IMG/VR virus record: IMGVR_UViG_3300027804_002812
Coordinates: 224,001-288,000 of that record
Source of the DNA: a virus
Lineage: Duplodnaviria; Caudoviricetes
DNA: 64,000 nucleotides
Strand: one strand, 5' to 3'
The position numbers and the translations under genes are program-made. Positions within the stretch are counted from its first letter, which is position 1, and each line of letters begins with the position of its first letter. Of this stretch, positions 34,974-44,640 are shown piece after piece. The notes under the pieces were generated by a model. That model did no database searches, was not told the DNA's origin, and saw only the letters and a list, made by a program, of their open reading frames with translations.

Positions 34974-35332
34974 TGGAACTGTTTTTTGACCCAATCGAGA
35001 AAATTTCCCCAATAATCTTCGTGTACACCATACTCATTAGCATTTATGTTTTTCAACATAATTTTGTCCTTTTCAGGCATTTTGGCGTAAGTTTTGTCTC
35101 CAAATTGTCCATCTGTAGGATATACTCCGATCATGTCTTGATATTTAGCAATTGCTTCCTCAGTCTTTGAATTTCGGCCAGTTCTACCATCCACTACCAA
35201 ACCAGCATTCATTCTTTTATTCAGAAAAGCCTGTATTCTGTAAATATGTTCTCGGTGATACATTTGTTCGTTAATCACTCTTCTAACAACTCTTGTTAAA
35301 TCCGATTCAGTTAATTTTATTACTTTTGTCAT
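34970..35332 (-). CDS. Leader-tagged peptidoglycan-binding domain protein
   Basis: MTKVIKLTESDL..VINEQ; IQAFLN...VDG..G..T..AIAKYQ....DGQFGDKT. Confidence 0.75.
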   Translation of the reverse strand: MTKVIKLTESDLTRVVRRVINEQMYHREHIYRIQAFLNKRMNAGLVVDGRTGRNSKTEEAIAKYQDMIGVYPTDGQFGDKTYAKMPEKDKIMLKNINANEYGVHEDYWGNFLDWVKKQFQ

Positions 35333-35334
35333 GA

Positions 35335-35712
35335 TTAAGATTTTAAGGTTAATAAGAACTTTGATTTGTTAATCAATGCCAACATTTCATCTCTAATATT
35401 CAACAAGTCTGTGTCATATCTTGTATCCAATTGGTCTGAAAAACTAACTAAAAATTCGGTAATTCCATCCATAAAATTTTGTATACTGATGGAGGAAATG
35501 TCTTGAAACATCAACGCAAATTCAGGCTCGAATTCTGGTCTTCCATATTTTCCCATCATGACTTCAGTAAATTCATCAATTAAATCACCAAGTCCGTCAT
35601 ATAATTCTCCATAAGTTCTGTGTTTAGCATCTCCGTATGTTTGCCAATGTAAAAACTTCCACTGAAGTTGTACCTGTACCAATTTTTTAATTAATTCTTC
35701 TTTCATCTTCAT
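35335..35712 (-). CDS. Ferritin/Dps-like protein (DUF5856-like)
   Basis: KFLHWQT...HRTYGELYDGL.DLIDEFTE...GKYGR. Confidence 0.7.
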   Translation of the reverse strand: MKMKEELIKKLVQVQLQWKFLHWQTYGDAKHRTYGELYDGLGDLIDEFTEVMMGKYGRPEFEPEFALMFQDISSISIQNFMDGITEFLVSFSDQLDTRYDTDLLNIRDEMLALINKSKFLLTLKS

Positions 35713-35731
35713 AAATATAAGTAGATATAAA

Positions 35732-35754
35732 AAAAAGGTCTCGAAGACCTTTTT
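35732..35754 (-). terminator. Intrinsic terminator
   Basis: AAAAAGGTCT-CGA-AGACCTTTTT. Confidence 0.75.
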
Positions 35755-35762
35755 TGTTGAAT

Positions 35763-36611
35763 TTAGAAATTCAAAACACCTTGTTTTTTTTGGTCAACAA
35801 AGTGTTGAACCCTTTTTCGTGCAACTTCAGAATAATTCGAACTGAGTTCGATTCCAATCCATCTGCGTCCTAAAATTTCTGCAGAAACCAAACTTGTTCC
35901 GCTTCCAGTAAATGGATCCATAACAATATCATTTTTATATGTAAGAATCTTGATTGCTTTAGATGGAATATCCATTGAGAATGTTGCTTTGGTTTGTTGT
36001 TTTGTATCCGCAAAATATTCCCATTGCCCATAAACCAAAGACATGAATTCTTTTTTATCCTCTTCTTTGTATACCGTTTTCTTTTTCAACGTGCCATCTT
36101 CTTGTTCAACATCCACAATCTCAAACTCCCATTGTGTTTCCCCTTTAACTTTCTTAATTCTATCTTTCTTGTAAGCAAGGATTACACATTCTTTTGGATT
36201 GTAAATGTAAGGTGAAGAAGGAGACATCCAAGAACCCCAAGCAGTGGTCTTACTTCTATGTGGAGCATTCTCATCAAGGTCAACAAGTCCATAAAATTTG
36301 AACCCAACCTTTTTCATAACAGACCAAAATTCAGACATGAATAATACTCTACCACCTCTATCTTGGACGTTAATTTCATATGGAATATTGACCGCAATCC
36401 TTCCATCATCTTTTAATACTCGGAAGGCTTGAGACAACCACTTCTCAGTAAATTCCCAATAATCATCCATTAATTGATTATCATCATGAGTATCATAATC
36501 AATTCCTACATTGTATGGCGGTGACGTAACAACCAAATCGATTGATGACTCAGGTAGTTTACCCATTTCCTCAACACAGTCACCATTTATAATTCTATTT
36601 GTTTCTAACAT
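35763..36611 (-). CDS. DNA N4-cytosine/N6-adenine methyltransferase (beta class)
   Basis: VTSPPY before DPFTGSGT. Confidence 0.9.
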   Translation of the reverse strand: MLETNRIINGDCVEEMGKLPESSIDLVVTSPPYNVGIDYDTHDDNQLMDDYWEFTEKWLSQAFRVLKDDGRIAVNIPYEINVQDRGGRVLFMSEFWSVMKKVGFKFYGLVDLDENAPHRSKTTAWGSWMSPSSPYIYNPKECVILAYKKDRIKKVKGETQWEFEIVDVEQEDGTLKKKTVYKEEDKKEFMSLVYGQWEYFADTKQQTKATFSMDIPSKAIKILTYKNDIVMDPFTGSGTSLVSAEILGRRWIGIELSSNYSEVARKRVQHFVDQKKQGVLNF

Positions 36612-37012
36612 CGTAATTTACCTTCGTTTCTTAATTGTTCTCTAATTTTGGTCGCAGAAATATCCCCAACTTCTTGAGGTGGAATATGTTCTATAATATC
36701 GTACCCAACTCCTCTACCAAAATTAACTGATTCAATATCAGGAATAATGATAACTTTGACCCTACCTTCACCAACTAGCTCTGATAGTTCTTGCGAAACG
36801 TTATTATAAACTTCTTCTGAAGTATAAGGATTTTTATCGTCAGGTTCAATATCTCTAATGCAAATAAGAACATTTTTACCTTCATCCAAGCATTGGTTGA
36901 TTAACCATTTGTGGCCATCATGAAACGGTTGATATCGTCCCACCAGCATAGAATACTGTTTACCTCCAGTATTTTTTAACTTGGGGTCTCCCTCAACGTG
37001 AATCTTTTTCAT
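36605..37012 (-). CDS. HxGH nucleotidyltransferase (cytidylyltransferase-like)
   Basis: GRYQPFHDGH; ISATKIR. Confidence 0.85.
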   Translation of the reverse strand: MKKIHVEGDPKLKNTGGKQYSMLVGRYQPFHDGHKWLINQCLDEGKNVLICIRDIEPDDKNPYTSEEVYNNVSQELSELVGEGRVKVIIIPDIESVNFGRGVGYDIIEHIPPQEVGDISATKIREQLRNEGKLRC

Positions 37013-37020
37013 ATTTGTTT

Positions 37021-37461
37021 TTAATTTGTTTTTATAAACTCCAAAATCATATTTGCAGAATCATTAATTGAAACATTCGTTGTATCAATATCTATATAAT
37101 TTTCTGTTGGTGGTTCATAGTCTTGTACGAATAAACTTTCTTTCCCACGTATTTCTGTTGTATGAACATAAACTTCAATAAGATTATTGCCCATCTTTGA
37201 TTTGAACTTATCTCTTTGGTCTTTATATGGAGACACTAAGGAAACAAATAAGTGTTTACCTTTGTTATGAAGATATTCTGAGATTTGTTGTGCAAGTTCA
37301 ATATTCTTTCTACGTCCAACTTCAGAGTAATCCTTATTATCAAATAAATCCCTCAAATCATCTCCATCAATATGAAATACATCCGAACCCATGTTTAACA
37401 TCATTCGTTTACATAGGGTTGTCTTACCTGATCCAGGTTGTCCTGTTAACCAAATTATCAT
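37021..37461 (-). CDS. cysC: Adenylylsulfate kinase-like P-loop kinase
   Basis: WLTGQPGSGKTT, IDGDDLR, SLVSPY...R, YEPP. Confidence 0.8.
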   Translation of the reverse strand: MIIWLTGQPGSGKTTLCKRMMLNMGSDVFHIDGDDLRDLFDNKDYSEVGRRKNIELAQQISEYLHNKGKHLFVSLVSPYKDQRDKFKSKMGNNLIEVYVHTTEIRGKESLFVQDYEPPTENYIDIDTTNVSINDSANMILEFIKTN

Positions 37462-37682
37462 TTTTCTAAATTTTTAATTTTTCGGTCCAAATAAAATGCT
37501 GCTTTCTTTAAGTCTTCAAGTTCTTTCGTTTGGTCTTTTTTACCCGCCCTTGCAACGTATTTAACTACGTTGAATAAGTAAGCGTCTTTATCTAAATCCC
37601 ATGCTTCACACACTTTGATGACCTCATACGTATTATCCTCACCTCCATAGTGGTTAGGATGATTTACCATTTCTTTACTCAT
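37458..37682 (-). CDS. DUF3310 family protein
   Basis: VNHPNHY...YEVIKV...NVVKYVARAGKK...EDLKKAAFYL. Confidence 0.85.
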   Translation of the reverse strand: MSKEMVNHPNHYGGEDNTYEVIKVCEAWDLDKDAYLFNVVKYVARAGKKDQTKELEDLKKAAFYLDRKIKNLEK

Positions 37683-37812
37683 TGTTTTTACCCCACTTTT
37701 TTCCGATGTATTCATTGTATCTATCATATTTTCTTGGACTATATAACATCCAAACAAAATAGATATCAATGAACCATTCTATCTTTTTAAGAATATTTTT
37801 AATTTTTTCCAA
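37675..37812 (-). CDS. Small hypothetical protein (TTG start)
   Basis: Fills the gap between genes: LEKIKNILKKIEWFIDIYFVWMLYSPRKYDRY. Confidence 0.35.
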   Translation of the reverse strand: MEKIKNILKKIEWFIDIYFVWMLYSPRKYDRYNEYIGKKWGKNNE

Positions 37813-38020
37813 AATATTGTTCAATAGTTTCAAGTCGTTCATCAGCATCTGCCAACATACGGAGAGCTTCTTCAGCATTCTCATAAAAGTCTTTTGTCGA
37901 ATGGTCACCAATACCTACTCCAGTATTACCCAACAAGTCCAAGGTTAATAGCGCTTTTGCTTTATCTGCCTCCGCTGAGGTCTTTAACATTTTGATTAGA
38001 TTTTTATTCATAATTTCCAT
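37799..38020 (-). CDS. Hypothetical protein
   Basis: 73 aa; GIGDHST motif. Confidence 0.7.
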   Translation of the reverse strand: MEIMNKNLIKMLKTSAEADKAKALLTLDLLGNTGVGIGDHSTKDFYENAEEALRMLADADERLETIEQYFGKN

Positions 38021-38022
38021 TT

Positions 38023-38205
38023 TTATTTAATTACATTCAATATTTCTTTATCAGTTTTTCCCTCTATGTGCAGTTTGAAAATTAGAGAACAAGTATCATT
38101 CTCAAAATATAACATATCACTTTTTCCGTAGTATTCTTTCAATCTTCCTTCTCTAAGGGCAGAGACACACTGGTCAAGTTTTACCCATCTCTTGTTAACG
38201 CTCAT
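38023..38205 (-). CDS. Hypothetical protein
   Basis: 60-aa ORF in operon. Confidence 0.6.
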   Translation of the reverse strand: MSVNKRWVKLDQCVSALREGRLKEYYGKSDMLYFENDTCSLIFKLHIEGKTDKEILNVIK

Positions 38206-38223
38206 TTTGAAAATATAATAAAG

Positions 38224-39003
38224 TTAGTTCTGAGTGTCAAAGTTATTAATTTTTTCAAAATTAACAACCTGAAAAATATAAGACATAACTTTTCTTTTTA
38301 TAATTGGTACCATTGTTTCTTCGAATGGAAAATTCTGTGAACATTTAATCTCGAATATTGGGAGGTCTTTATAAAATTCGGTTTGATTCCATTTTGAATT
38401 TGAATCAATAATTTCGGTAAGTGTCCGTTCATCAATTCCACCTTCAGATATCAAACTCAAATGTGTTCTGTTCGTGGATTTATCTTTTTTGTCGGGTTTA
38501 ATCTCATACTCCCACACATACATCTTTTCTTCAGACTTTCGATAGAAAAAAATGTAACCCGAGCCAGATATTAGATTTTTTTTGTTTTTTCGTAAATACA
38601 AATCAATAGATTCGAATGCGATGTTCCATATTGATTTGGCAATGTTGAAGGCATCAAATAGTTTTGGTCCCGAAAACTTCAAAGTTTTATCCAATTCATT
38701 TTCTTCTTGTTCGGTTAATTGTCTTGGTTTTTTTGGAGTTAATTCTTTAACAAGTATTTCATCATCAGGTGATTCAAATTTCTTATTGGTTAACAAAAGT
38801 GTATTCTCCTTTGAGATTGATTGAATATTTGCTAAATGTAATGACAATTCCACAAAATTTGGGTATAGTTCAAACTTGTCAAAACTTTGGTCACATTTCT
38901 GAAGATAGTTCAACAAGGTATATTTGTTGTACTCGAAATCCAATGGTTCTTTGAACATCCATTCTGGATTTAATTTGAATGATATCTTTTTCTTTCTACC
39001 CAT
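38224..39003 (-). CDS. Conserved hypothetical protein
   Basis: 259 aa; PLDFEYNKYTLLNYLQK motif. Confidence 0.75.
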   Translation of the reverse strand: MGRKKKISFKLNPEWMFKEPLDFEYNKYTLLNYLQKCDQSFDKFELYPNFVELSLHLANIQSISKENTLLLTNKKFESPDDEILVKELTPKKPRQLTEQEENELDKTLKFSGPKLFDAFNIAKSIWNIAFESIDLYLRKNKKNLISGSGYIFFYRKSEEKMYVWEYEIKPDKKDKSTNRTHLSLISEGGIDERTLTEIIDSNSKWNQTEFYKDLPIFEIKCSQNFPFEETMVPIIKRKVMSYIFQVVNFEKINNFDTQN

Positions 39004-39029
39004 AGGGAAATTATAATAGTTATTAACTA

Positions 39030-39872
39030 TTAATCAATTCTCATTATATAAAATAAGTCTCCGTCAGCATAAACCTCGTGAGCCTCTCCATCATACCTTG
39101 CAAGAAAATGTCCATAACCGTCTGTATCAATCAAATCTTCGATAAGAGATTCCACATCAACAAATCGTTCCCAATTAACGTCAAATTCGTCTATAAACCA
39201 CCATGGGTCTCTTCTGACATCACGTAAATTATCCGCAATCCTTTCTTCAATTAATTCATCAGGAAACTCCCCTTCAGGTTCTGAATTTATTTCTTCAATT
39301 TCAATTTCGTATTCGTCAATTAATTCGTTGAATTCTACTATCTTGGATGAAAGCCAACTATCATTTTTCCCACCCATTGCATTTTGAAATTGTTTAATCC
39401 CATTTTCTAATCTCTCCTTCTTCTTGGTAAGAATTTCGACTTGCTCAAGTTGTTTTCCAGACAACATTCTATCTTTGTCATCGAAATATGCTTCAGGATA
39501 ATCATTGATATCTTCAGTATAATACTCTTCCGCGTAATTAATGACTTCTTCTATATCTAAATGGCCTTCCACAAAATCTTTATTGAAAGTTTCTATCCCT
39601 TCCGTTTCTATCATATCTTTGATGTAATTATAACAAGAATCTCGGGTATCATATTCATCACCAACAGCATATTCCTTATCCTCAACAATGATCAGATCCA
39701 TATCAAAATAGTCTCCTCCATACACTATATCGTCCAAAGTTGTGTCCTCGTCCAAATCTCCAACATCTTTTAGCCAACTCAAAAGGAGTTCAGCCTTCAA
39801 TTTTAATGAGGGATTTTCCAAAAATAGTTTGGTTCGGTCTTTGGCGGATTCATTTTGTTGTGAAAATTTCAT
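39030..39872 (-). CDS. Acidic hypothetical protein
   Basis: 280 aa, D/E-rich; TATTTAT upstream. Confidence 0.75.
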   Translation of the reverse strand: MKFSQQNESAKDRTKLFLENPSLKLKAELLLSWLKDVGDLDEDTTLDDIVYGGDYFDMDLIIVEDKEYAVGDEYDTRDSCYNYIKDMIETEGIETFNKDFVEGHLDIEEVINYAEEYYTEDINDYPEAYFDDKDRMLSGKQLEQVEILTKKKERLENGIKQFQNAMGGKNDSWLSSKIVEFNELIDEYEIEIEEINSEPEGEFPDELIEERIADNLRDVRRDPWWFIDEFDVNWERFVDVESLIEDLIDTDGYGHFLARYDGEAHEVYADGDLFYIMRID

Positions 39873-39959
39873 CAGTTTTTTATTTAATAAATATCTTTAT
39901 GCAATATAATTAAAGTAAGGAACTATTTATAGACATAAACAAATTAAATTATCACCACC

Positions 39960-40115
39960 ATGGGATGCGGATGCAAAAACAATAATCAACCTCAGCCTCA
40001 GGCTCAACAACCAACAACAACTCAATTAGTAAAAGAACAACAAAATGAGAGTGTTAAGGCGGCTATCAAAAAAACTGTAGAGAAGTATTACAACGTAAAC
40101 AAAACTTCTAACTAA
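39960..40115 (+). CDS. Small protein beginning MGCGCK
   Basis: Hand-translated 51 aa; TATTTAT upstream; terminator 40141-40158 downstream. Confidence 0.7.
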   Translation: MGCGCKNNNQPQPQAQQPTTTQLVKEQQNESVKAAIKKTVEKYYNVNKTSN

Positions 40116-40140
40116 GTTTTAGTGTAAGGGATTTATGAGA

Positions 40141-40158
40141 GGGACAATTTTTTGTCCC
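40141..40158 (+). terminator. Intrinsic terminator
   Basis: GGGACA-N6-TGTCCC followed by T-run. Confidence 0.7.
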
Positions 40159-40176
40159 TTTTTTGTATTTATTAAT

Positions 40177-41172
40177 ATGGATTTTCAAAAAATAATAGAC
40201 GATTTCAATGATGGTGAATTTGACGCTGAACTTTTTTTTGGTGATTGGGACACATTTTTTACTGTTTTGGACAAAAGAGGTTTAATTAACCAAATTGATA
40301 TTGAGAATACAGAGGTACAGAATGCGTTGTTAATTTGGCTTCATGGTAGGGACCGTAAAAGGTTCCTTGAATTTGTTGAAGATAAATTGTCGGATATTTT
40401 CGTTGACGAAAATGGCGTGGTTTATTTGGATTTGGATGAAAGGTCTGATTTGGCGAATTTTTTCTGTGAACGCACCCGAAATGGTCTCTCAACATACTAT
40501 ATAAATGCCATTCTTTCAGGTGAAAACGATGCCTTTTTCAATTACGACACAACTGATAGTGTTTATCGTGATGTTATTGAAGGGCTAACCCCAAAAAATA
40601 TGAAACGTCTTAGAGAATATGTAGTCGAAAATCTAAAAGGCCAAAAAATAAAAACTGAAACTATCGAACTAGAAGATATTGCAAGGGAACAAGGTCATCC
40701 CGAATATGTTATAGTCGATGATTCTATAACGGCGCAAACTATCATAGACGATAAAGAGTCAATGAATTACCTTTTAGAGACTTATCTTGAAGAGTTAAAT
40801 GACGAACTACTGTCCATTCATAATAATGCTTACAACCAAGCATATGAGAGTGAACTTTACGGAAAAATTTTCAGTGAATTACAAGAATATATAAACGGTA
40901 ATGGTGAATATTATTCACAACCTCACCGTTTCAAAAAAGATACAATGACTCAACGGTTTAGAGTTCCTGTTGCATCGAACTTTGACGAAATAATTTTGGA
41001 CTATTTAATTTCAAACAAGAATCGAGGATCTCGTGGATTATTAGAATATTGGGGTGATTACATACCAATGATTCAAGATGAAAAAGATTGTTTAACGGTA
41101 CATTCCCCAGACTATCCTGACTTTAGAGAGGTTGAAAATAATATTAATGAAATTTTCACCGATTACATCTAA
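40177..41172 (+). CDS. Acidic hypothetical protein
   Basis: Start revised to MDFQ at 40177 after TATTTAT. Confidence 0.75.
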   Translation: MDFQKIIDDFNDGEFDAELFFGDWDTFFTVLDKRGLINQIDIENTEVQNALLIWLHGRDRKRFLEFVEDKLSDIFVDENGVVYLDLDERSDLANFFCERTRNGLSTYYINAILSGENDAFFNYDTTDSVYRDVIEGLTPKNMKRLREYVVENLKGQKIKTETIELEDIAREQGHPEYVIVDDSITAQTIIDDKESMNYLLETYLEELNDELLSIHNNAYNQAYESELYGKIFSELQEYINGNGEYYSQPHRFKKDTMTQRFRVPVASNFDEIILDYLISNKNRGSRGLLEYWGDYIPMIQDEKDCLTVHSPDYPDFREVENNINEIFTDYI

Positions 41173-41229
41173 TTATTCTATTCTTTTTGTAAGTACAATT
41201 TATTATCATTCAACAAATCAGTTAATTAA

Positions 41230-41976
41230 ATGATATTAAAGAAGACTAACAGCAGGGTTTATACAATAAATTTATTTTCAGACTATCTACTAACCAAAAT
41301 CCCAAACACAGAAGAATCAATTTTCTCTGTAGCAGATTGTAAAAATTTCATTATTATAAAAGGCAAGACCTCCCATAAAGAAATTTTGGATATCAGTTCA
41401 ATAACAAAAGAGTTCAACGAAAAATACGAACCTGAAACACCAATTTCTCACACAATAGATTTAATTGAATATGATTGTAAGTTATCCAAAGTAAAAAATT
41501 TGGAATTCATCTTACATAAGTCAGAAAACTGTTCTTACCATAAAACCCAAATTGAAAAATTCTCCTTGAATGAATCATCATTTGATTTCAATTGTTACCC
41601 ATCGAAAGTATCTGATGATGATTTGATTGTGACATCCGAATTCCCTCATGGTTATTCCTTGAATCAGGGAAGGCTTATCTATCTTTACGGAAAACATATT
41701 TTTTATAGTATTCCAACTAACTACAGAGATTCATCCATTATTTTTAATCTGTCTTTGGAAAAAAATGATGATAATGATAATATCATATCAATCTTTGATG
41801 TGGATAAAAACTCTGAAGATGAAACCTTAAAGTCCGCAATATTAGATGTATTCGATTTTGATATGTCTTGGTTATCATCTGAAATGAAAAAAGTGGATTG
41901 GAGTGTTGAACTCACAAATCCACTCGAGGAATATCCTTTTATCAAAAAGAAAAACAAGGACTTTATTATTTTCTAA
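41230..41976 (+). CDS. Hypothetical protein, remote similarity to SAM synthetase (MetK) domains
   Basis: NLFSDYLL...IFSVADC..FIIIKGKT and PHGYSL resemble MetK N-terminal and central segments; catalytic motifs not seen. Confidence 0.35.
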   Translation: MILKKTNSRVYTINLFSDYLLTKIPNTEESIFSVADCKNFIIIKGKTSHKEILDISSITKEFNEKYEPETPISHTIDLIEYDCKLSKVKNLEFILHKSENCSYHKTQIEKFSLNESSFDFNCYPSKVSDDDLIVTSEFPHGYSLNQGRLIYLYGKHIFYSIPTNYRDSSIIFNLSLEKNDDNDNIISIFDVDKNSEDETLKSAILDVFDFDMSWLSSEMKKVDWSVELTNPLEEYPFIKKKNKDFIIF

Positions 41977-42272
41977 ATAATCCCAACATTCTTTCGATGT
42001 TCATTGATTATTTGAAGTGCTTCCGTCAACTCGTTATAATTTTTTTCAGGTGTGTATAGGAAGGATTTATAATCCTTCCCACTACCTTCAATAATCAATA
42101 ATGCTGGAATCATATCATTATCAGTTATTTCACTGAAAATGTCGTATTCATCTTTATACTCATCGATATCTCTATCAAAAAATTCAACTCCCTCTTCCTT
42201 CAACATTTTTTTGAAGTCGACACAAAAGGGACATCCTTTCATAGTATAGACAATTACATTCAGATCCTTCAT
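41973..42272 (-). CDS. Glutaredoxin-like protein
   Basis: YTMKGCPFC. Confidence 0.85.
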   Translation of the reverse strand: MKDLNVIVYTMKGCPFCVDFKKMLKEEGVEFFDRDIDEYKDEYDIFSEITDNDMIPALLIIEGSGKDYKSFLYTPEKNYNELTEALQIINEHRKNVGII

Positions 42273-42277
42273 AATCT

Positions 42278-42595
42278 TTAATCTAATAATTTAAGAAGTT
42301 GATCTGGTGACATCACACCTGGCTTTGAAAAAGTTTCCTCTCCATTCTCAAATATTTTAATCGTAGGAACTCCCCTAACATTCCACTCTTTCATAAGGTC
42401 CATATCTTGTTCAATGTCAAATTTATAGACCCCGTATTTCGGTGTTCCTTTTTGCATTAAAGATTCATTAACTTTTTCAAGGTTTCCCAACATTATTTTG
42501 CACGGTCCACACCAAGTTGCAAATAGGTCAAGGACGAAGTTTTCCTTGTTGTTAATTTTTTGTTTTAGTTCTTCACTTGTTAGTTGTTTTGTCAT
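42278..42595 (-). CDS. trxA: Thioredoxin
   Basis: FATWCGPCK; VRGVPT. Confidence 0.9.
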   Translation of the reverse strand: MTKQLTSEELKQKINNKENFVLDLFATWCGPCKIMLGNLEKVNESLMQKGTPKYGVYKFDIEQDMDLMKEWNVRGVPTIKIFENGEETFSKPGVMSPDQLLKLLD

Positions 42596-42911
42596 TGTTA
42601 AATTGTTTTAATAGTTGTTGTATAAAAATTGTTAGTTCGCTGTATTGACTCTGATTGTAATAGACAATTAAATTCGATTCAACTTCACCTAACAATAAAT
42701 ATAAATAAAATCCCTGTTTTGTTTTATAAATTTTTTTATTGAATTCAGTTTTTACATTAATAATACCTGTGAATGCCTCACTCCAAACGACTTCTAAACT
42801 TCTATTATCAATGAATTTATAAATAGAATGTCCAGGAAAATCCAATCTTAAACTGGAAAAAACGTCCGAACCAATTTCTTTGTTTTTTATGTATTCAGGT
42901 TTTTCTACCAT
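42573..42911 (-). CDS. Hypothetical protein
   Basis: 112-aa ORF in operon. Confidence 0.65.
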   Translation of the reverse strand: MVEKPEYIKNKEIGSDVFSSLRLDFPGHSIYKFIDNRSLEVVWSEAFTGIINVKTEFNKKIYKTKQGFYLYLLLGEVESNLIVYYNQSQYSELTIFIQQLLKQFNNDKTTNK

Positions 42912-42916
42912 AGTTA

Positions 42917-44593
42917 TTAAAAGTCTAATGTACGAGGTCCCTCGATTGTTTTATGTCTCCATTTCAAGAAACCATCCTCATCCCAATATGAGTCGGATTC
43001 AAAGAATACCCCATTATAACACTTTTTGGTTATTTTCACGGTTTCAAATCTATCATCGTTTACGTAATATAACATTTTCAAATCCAATTTCAATAGCCAG
43101 TACATCCATTCATCCGATAATTTCCCATTGTATTTCCCCAAACTTTGTACTCTACGACATTTAACCTTATCATCCTCTCGATATAACTGATATTCAATAG
43201 TTGCCCTTTCCTCAGAATATCTTGAACCCTTCCTGAAAGATAGTATTATATTTGACGGCTTACCAATATAGGTTTTTACACAGTTTGATTGAATTGAACT
43301 TTCTTGATTATATGAGGTTGAATCATCCAATAATACAGGATAATATTCTCCCAATGGTTGTTCCAAATGTTCGTAAGAATAGATAGGGTAAATCCTTTCA
43401 TAGTGACCATTTTTATAGAATGTCAATTTATCCGACCAATCCAAATGTTCATTTCTAAAGATGTCTACATCATTACTCATCCACCTCAAATCGGTTTCAC
43501 CATACATTTTTAATTGGGTGTAAATTTCAATGTGGTCGATGAATGTATAGGTGTCTAGCATTTCCTCAAAGTATACTTTCTTGAATAAATTGAATACCCT
43601 ACGTAGTTCATCTTTACCAATTACATTTACAAACTCAGCGGGAACATCCCTATCTTTGATTTTGAACTCAGAATTCAAAGTTTGTAAAATAAAATCATCA
43701 TCTTGATTAATCCAATCATCACCGAATAATTTTCTTGCTATCAAGTACAAGTCCAAGTTAAGTGATTTACAACCATGAAGACATTTTTTTAATTTCTTTC
43801 CAGTCAATCCATTATGTATCATAAACGCATCCACCAATCGATTGTCATTCTTTTTAAGTGTCTTTCTAAAGATAGGACCAACTAATTTGGAAGAATACAA
43901 ATGGAAATTGTTTGGATACTTAATCCCTTTTTTGTCTAAATAAAACTTGAATAATCTTTTGTCTAAACTAAAGAAACTAATTAATCCTCTCCCATCAATC
44001 TCATCCATAAATTTTGATGATGCATCCACAGCAACCTCTATAGAGTTATGTGAATATGACCATATTTTATCTCTTATGACATATCCTATGTTTGATATCG
44101 GTTCGTATAAGAAAAAATTTTTGTGAAGTTTTTTATGTACTTTCTTCTTATTTTGATAATTGCGTAAAAATCCTGAGTATACATCACCAGTTTTGGTGTT
44201 GACGGTGATGTAGTCTACGTTCCGAACAACTTTGAACCACTTGTTTCCAACTTTTCTTTCTCTAAACCCATTAAAGACCTTCATAGAGACCTTATCTCCA
44301 TCACGTTCGACCACAATCATCAAATAAGATTTGAGTACCCTAGCTAAAGGATTTCCGTAGTGTAACACAAAGTCCTCCTCAACATTGGAAACGAAGTTCT
44401 CTAAATAAACATCAGATTTTTTTGATAAGTTTATTTTATCATTTGCACAAAGTAGTTGGTCCCAAATATCCGCTTCATTTTCATCATCGAAAAAATATTT
44501 GTTTCTTGAGTGCGGGAAGGTAATCGGAACGGTGTCGTGAAATACGACCGTAGTGTAAGCGTCATAACTAACTTTGAAAATTTCTTCTTTCAT
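42917..44593 (-). CDS. PcfJ-like domain protein
   Basis: C-terminal YNQESSIQSNCVKTY....IILSFR....RATIEY. Confidence 0.65.
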   Translation of the reverse strand: MKEEIFKVSYDAYTTVVFHDTVPITFPHSRNKYFFDDENEADIWDQLLCANDKINLSKKSDVYLENFVSNVEEDFVLHYGNPLARVLKSYLMIVVERDGDKVSMKVFNGFRERKVGNKWFKVVRNVDYITVNTKTGDVYSGFLRNYQNKKKVHKKLHKNFFLYEPISNIGYVIRDKIWSYSHNSIEVAVDASSKFMDEIDGRGLISFFSLDKRLFKFYLDKKGIKYPNNFHLYSSKLVGPIFRKTLKKNDNRLVDAFMIHNGLTGKKLKKCLHGCKSLNLDLYLIARKLFGDDWINQDDDFILQTLNSEFKIKDRDVPAEFVNVIGKDELRRVFNLFKKVYFEEMLDTYTFIDHIEIYTQLKMYGETDLRWMSNDVDIFRNEHLDWSDKLTFYKNGHYERIYPIYSYEHLEQPLGEYYPVLLDDSTSYNQESSIQSNCVKTYIGKPSNIILSFRKGSRYSEERATIEYQLYREDDKVKCRRVQSLGKYNGKLSDEWMYWLLKLDLKMLYYVNDDRFETVKITKKCYNGVFFESDSYWDEDGFLKWRHKTIEGPRTLDF

Positions 44594-44615
44594 ATTTTAA
44601 TTATAATAAAAAAAA

Positions 44616-44635
44616 TGGGGGATATAAACCCCCCA
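44616..44635 (-). terminator. Intrinsic terminator
   Basis: TGGGGG-ATATAAA-CCCCCCA with A-run on left. Confidence 0.65.
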
Positions 44636-44640
44636 CTTAA

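Noticed and set aside
41799-41807. Isolated perfect DnaA box
   Set aside because: A single copy inside a coding region is consistent with chance.
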